64,000 nucleotides of DNA from Nitrospirota bacterium (GTDB lineage Bacteria; Nitrospirota; Nitrospiria; Nitrospirales; NS-4), in contig CAWBGA010000012.1 in NCBI GenBank assembly GCA_963788195.1, positions 1 to 64,000 on the forward strand, written 5' to 3'. The notes below the pieces were generated by a model that made no database searches, was not told the DNA's origin, and saw nothing but the letters and a program-made list of their open reading frames with translations. This document shows positions 61,114-64,000 of this stretch, in pieces. A program made the position numbers and the translations under genes. Each line of letters opens with the position of its first letter. Position 1 is the first letter of the stretch.

Positions 61114-62124
61114 TCACGAGGCAAGACGCGCTGGAGCGGTCTGAAGCAGTCGCTGCAATATGTTCAGCACACTCTCTGGAGTGCTCCCGAGGCAGGTCCG
61201 GTCGCTGCAGGCTGCTTGCGTCTCCCGTGTCAGGCATCGGCAACCGCTCTGGGCTCGGAGGGCGACCAGATTTTTTCTTCGCAATCCCCATATCGCCGGG
61301 TCGGTAGGGCCGAACACTGCCACGGTTGGAAGACCTAGCGCTGTGGCCACATGCGTGAGGCCGGAATCGTTCCCCAAAAATGCGTCGCACTGAGACAACA
61401 CGCCCATCACACTCACGAGACTCACGTCTCGCAACCGGGGCAGAGGAATGGAAATCCGGCTGGCAACAGCCTGACTTACTTCTCTGTCTGCCGGACCTTC
61501 AATGAGAACCACCTGTATACCGTTTCGTTGCAAGCCGTCGACCACGCGCGCAAACCGGTCAGATGACCAGCACTTAGTCGGGCTGCCGCTCCCGGCATGC
61601 ACGGCAACGAGGTGATCAGCATCCACATTGATGCCGTAGTCAGAGAGCCACTGCGCACCCTTTTTTTGATCGTTCTCTGTTGCTGTGAGCTTCGCCTCTG
61701 GAAGAGGCTCGGACGGCAGTTGGTCGCTCAGCGTCGCCCAAAAGCGGTCGGTGGCATGGAGGTCACTTTTTTCAGAGAGTCCCGGTGAACTCACGATCAC
61801 TTGAGGCCCCTTTAACGACTGGAGCGCCGCTTTTATGCTACCGTCACGGTCTGCCAGCCACGCCACAACCAACTGAAACTGTGAAAAGAATTTACGGACC
61901 GCAGGCGGCATTTCGGACAGAGAAAACAACCCACGATATTCCGGACCTTCGATAGAATTCATCGTATCTACCGGAGAGCGTCCGGGCAACACATCTACAA
62001 GCCCGGGGTGTCCCAAAACGTGGAGCGAGGAAGGACGGTTACTTGATTTCAACGCCGCGAGGACGGGCAACGCAAGGATCGTATCGCCCACTGAGCCTGG
62101 ATGTATCACAACAATTGAAGTCAT
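61114..62124 (-). CDS. Glycosyltransferase family 9 (heptosyltransferase-like)
   Basis: PGSVGDTIL, HAGSG..KCW, GNDSGLTHVA, FGPT. Confidence 0.88.
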   Translation of the reverse strand: MTSIVVIHPGSVGDTILALPVLAALKSSNRPSSLHVLGHPGLVDVLPGRSPVDTMNSIEGPEYRGLFSLSEMPPAVRKFFSQFQLVVAWLADRDGSIKAALQSLKGPQVIVSSPGLSEKSDLHATDRFWATLSDQLPSEPLPEAKLTATENDQKKGAQWLSDYGINVDADHLVAVHAGSGSPTKCWSSDRFARVVDGLQRNGIQVVLIEGPADREVSQAVASRISIPLPRLRDVSLVSVMGVLSQCDAFLGNDSGLTHVATALGLPTVAVFGPTDPAIWGLRRKNLVALRAQSGCRCLTRETQAACSDRTCLGSTPESVLNILQRLLQTAPARLAS

Positions 62125-62708
62125 GCTTCGATCCAATTTCTCGCGATGGCCAGGTCTTCGGGCGTGTTGATATTAAAAAAGGAGCGCAGCTCAGGATCCA
62201 CCGCTTCGAAGACAGATTGAGGAATGCGATCCACACGGAGTTCCGGGATCTCGCATAAATCCTGGACCTTTAACCGTGAGCGATCAATGAGCTCCTTCAG
62301 GTACGGCAGGCAGACCTTTGAGTAGACGGCATGCATCGGCTGGAGCTTACCGTTTAGGTCCGGGATGATGATGTCACCCCGCTCCGCCCGCTCAAGGACA
62401 ATTTTGATCGTTGCCGGGGAAAGGCACGGCATGTCAACTGCCGCAGCGAACACACGGTCGCCGGCGGCATGGAACAAGCCGGTGTAGAGTCCGCCGAGCG
62501 TGGCCGCGCCGGGGATCAGATCTTCCACAACTCGGACCCCCATTGATTGAAACGGTCCCTTCGCGTCAGCGACGATCAGAATCTCATCAAAGAAATCCTT
62601 ATAGGCGTCCAGGACACGTTGCAAGCAGCTCCTCCCCCCAAGCATCAGGAACCGCTTGTCCTGCCCAAGGCGGCGGCTTTTCCCGCCGGCCATGATCAGT
62701 CCTGTCAT
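62121..62708 (-). CDS. mobA: Molybdenum cofactor guanylyltransferase
   Basis: MAGGKSRRLGQDK, LGGLYTG, VDMP, NINTPED. Confidence 0.9.
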   Translation of the reverse strand: MTGLIMAGGKSRRLGQDKRFLMLGGRSCLQRVLDAYKDFFDEILIVADAKGPFQSMGVRVVEDLIPGAATLGGLYTGLFHAAGDRVFAAAVDMPCLSPATIKIVLERAERGDIIIPDLNGKLQPMHAVYSKVCLPYLKELIDRSRLKVQDLCEIPELRVDRIPQSVFEAVDPELRSFFNINTPEDLAIARNWIEA

Positions 62709-62791
62709 TGCGTTGTTTCTTCTTTCAAAGCCGCTCCGCCGCCAAACCTCTTTGGGCGAATCGCCGGCCTTTTAGAAATAGAAGAAGGAAT

Positions 62792-62823
62792 AAAAAAAGG
62801 GGGTGGGACGAACCCACCCCCTT
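62792..62823 (-). terminator. Intrinsic terminator
   Basis: Minus strand AAGGGGGTGGG-N5-CCCACCCCCTT followed by a T run. Confidence 0.8.
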
Positions 62824-62849
62824 CATCTTGGCGGTCCTGAACCGACAGC

Positions 62850-64000
62850 TTAGGTGTTGTTATTCATTCTTCTCTTGCTGGCGCGTCGGCGCAGAATCCA
62901 ACCTTCAGCAATGATCATCCCGACAGCCATGAGGATCGGATACACCTTCGCTTCAACCGGAATAGGCTGCTGAAGAATGCTGTAGTAGAACGCGGACACC
63001 GCCATCTTCAGGCCGGCGTCGCCGTTGTGCCCGTCCCAGCCGAAGAATACCGTGGGAATATATTTGCCAACCTGGAACTGGACGTCGGCGTCCTTGTCCT
63101 CGGTCATCAGCGCTCGTTTCACGATGACCGTCCAGCGACCATCCTTAAACTCACTCTTCAGTACTTTCAAAAGCGCTGACGCGTCAGTCCGCTCTTCAAG
63201 AGGCTGATCCCAGCCCGCTCCCGTATAGGCCTTGGCGGTCCCATTGGCTTCCCACTTCCAGATGTCGACGTGGCGCTTTTCCTCACCATGCAGATACCGC
63301 GGCTTCTCGGGCGGCGTGATTTCTTCCCACTTCGACGGGAACTGGATCGCGATCGCGTCGTTATAAACCTCGTACGTGTTCTGCTTCGCCGCGATCGAAT
63401 CCGGCTCGCCGGTCGTGGGAGGAGCCTCCGTGATGGGCTTTACTTCGACTCCCGCCGCGGCCTCGCTCTTGGTGCGGTCATCCCACTGGAACATGAAGGC
63501 AATCTCGTTCTTGTTATAGATCGAACGCACCCATAAATCGTCAAAGCGGTTCACGAAGTTTCGTGGTTTATGCGTGATCTGCCCGCCCATGCCGATAAAA
63601 CGCCGAGGCTGCTCCTTCCACTTCTTGTCTCCAGGGTCCGATGGGATCTCGCCCTCGATTGGGGCCGATGGGACGACAAAGTTGATTTTCGGCTTGTCGG
63701 TTTGCGGATCGATCGATAAAGGCTCGGAGAAGGGATCTGCTTCCTTCTCCCGTTCGCACACGGAATTCACAAAGTTTGCGATGTGCCAGCGCTCTTCGAC
63801 CGTGGTGTTGTCGGCGAAGGACGGCATCGGCGTCCCGTTCACGCCGGTGGAGAACGTCCGAAAGATATTGTGGATGTTGTAGGGATCCTGCCGGCTTCCC
63901 CGGAAGTTCCAGCACTTGTGCATGTTCGCCGGCTGGATGGCGAATCCCCAGTCATCCTTGAGGTTGAACGGGTTTCCATCGCCTCGGCCTTCTACCCCGT
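62850..64000 (-). CDS. Cytochrome c / EB_dh (DMSO-reductase gamma-like heme b) domain membrane protein, 5'-partial
   Basis: GRGDG..DDWG, GVNGTPMPSF (cyt c end), QWDD, YNDAIAIQFP, VDIWKW, WDGHNGD, C-terminal TM; resembles Nitrospira candidate NXR-gamma / bd-like-cluster proteins. Confidence 0.78.
   Translation of the reverse strand, partial: GVEGRGDGNPFNLKDDWGFAIQPANMHKCWNFRGSRQDPYNIHNIFRTFSTGVNGTPMPSFADNTTVEERWHIANFVNSVCEREKEADPFSEPLSIDPQTDKPKINFVVPSAPIEGEIPSDPGDKKWKEQPRRFIGMGGQITHKPRNFVNRFDDLWVRSIYNKNEIAFMFQWDDRTKSEAAAGVEVKPITEAPPTTGEPDSIAAKQNTYEVYNDAIAIQFPSKWEEITPPEKPRYLHGEEKRHVDIWKWEANGTAKAYTGAGWDQPLEERTDASALLKVLKSEFKDGRWTVIVKRALMTEDKDADVQFQVGKYIPTVFFGWDGHNGDAGLKMAVSAFYYSILQQPIPVEAKVYPILMAVGMIIAEGWILRRRASKRRMNNNT

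Overview
The window looks like a join of at least two unrelated genomic segments. Bases 1-~9690 are high-GC, indel-rich Bradyrhizobium-like alphaproteobacterial DNA (DUF2336, PhyH-type dioxygenase, rhodanese/FtrA pair, trmB, M20 peptidase, XRE regulator, lnt, corC-like, ybeY, truncated phoH). Bases ~9690-64000 resemble a Nitrospirota chromosome: MacAB-TolC/TetR, uppP, LemA/TPM, tatAB-selO, tRNA-Asn, a five-subunit 2-oxoacid:ferredoxin oxidoreductase (forDABGE order), hemW/panC/folK/dapL, a PEP-CTERM gene, amrS, coaE, trxB, thiI, polX, queG, mutS2, argS-tgt-yajC-secDF, mobA and a cytochrome c/EB_dh membrane protein. Three items stand out. (1) A dispersed modular non-coding repeat occurs at ~9700-9890, ~11850-11995 and ~41900-42000. 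It is built from hairpins with a near-invariant GTCTTGGC loop, compensatorily varying stems and adjacent G-quadruplex-type G-tracts, and I do not recognise it as a known family. (2) A ~3 kb AT-rich island sits at the tRNA-Asn 3' end between exact 19-bp att repeats and carries a serine-recombinase remnant plus FAD-oxidase/RRM/PP-loop cargo. (3) A second AT-rich foreign fragment encodes a nitroreductase-like gene. All calls come from reading the sequence; no database searches were run.
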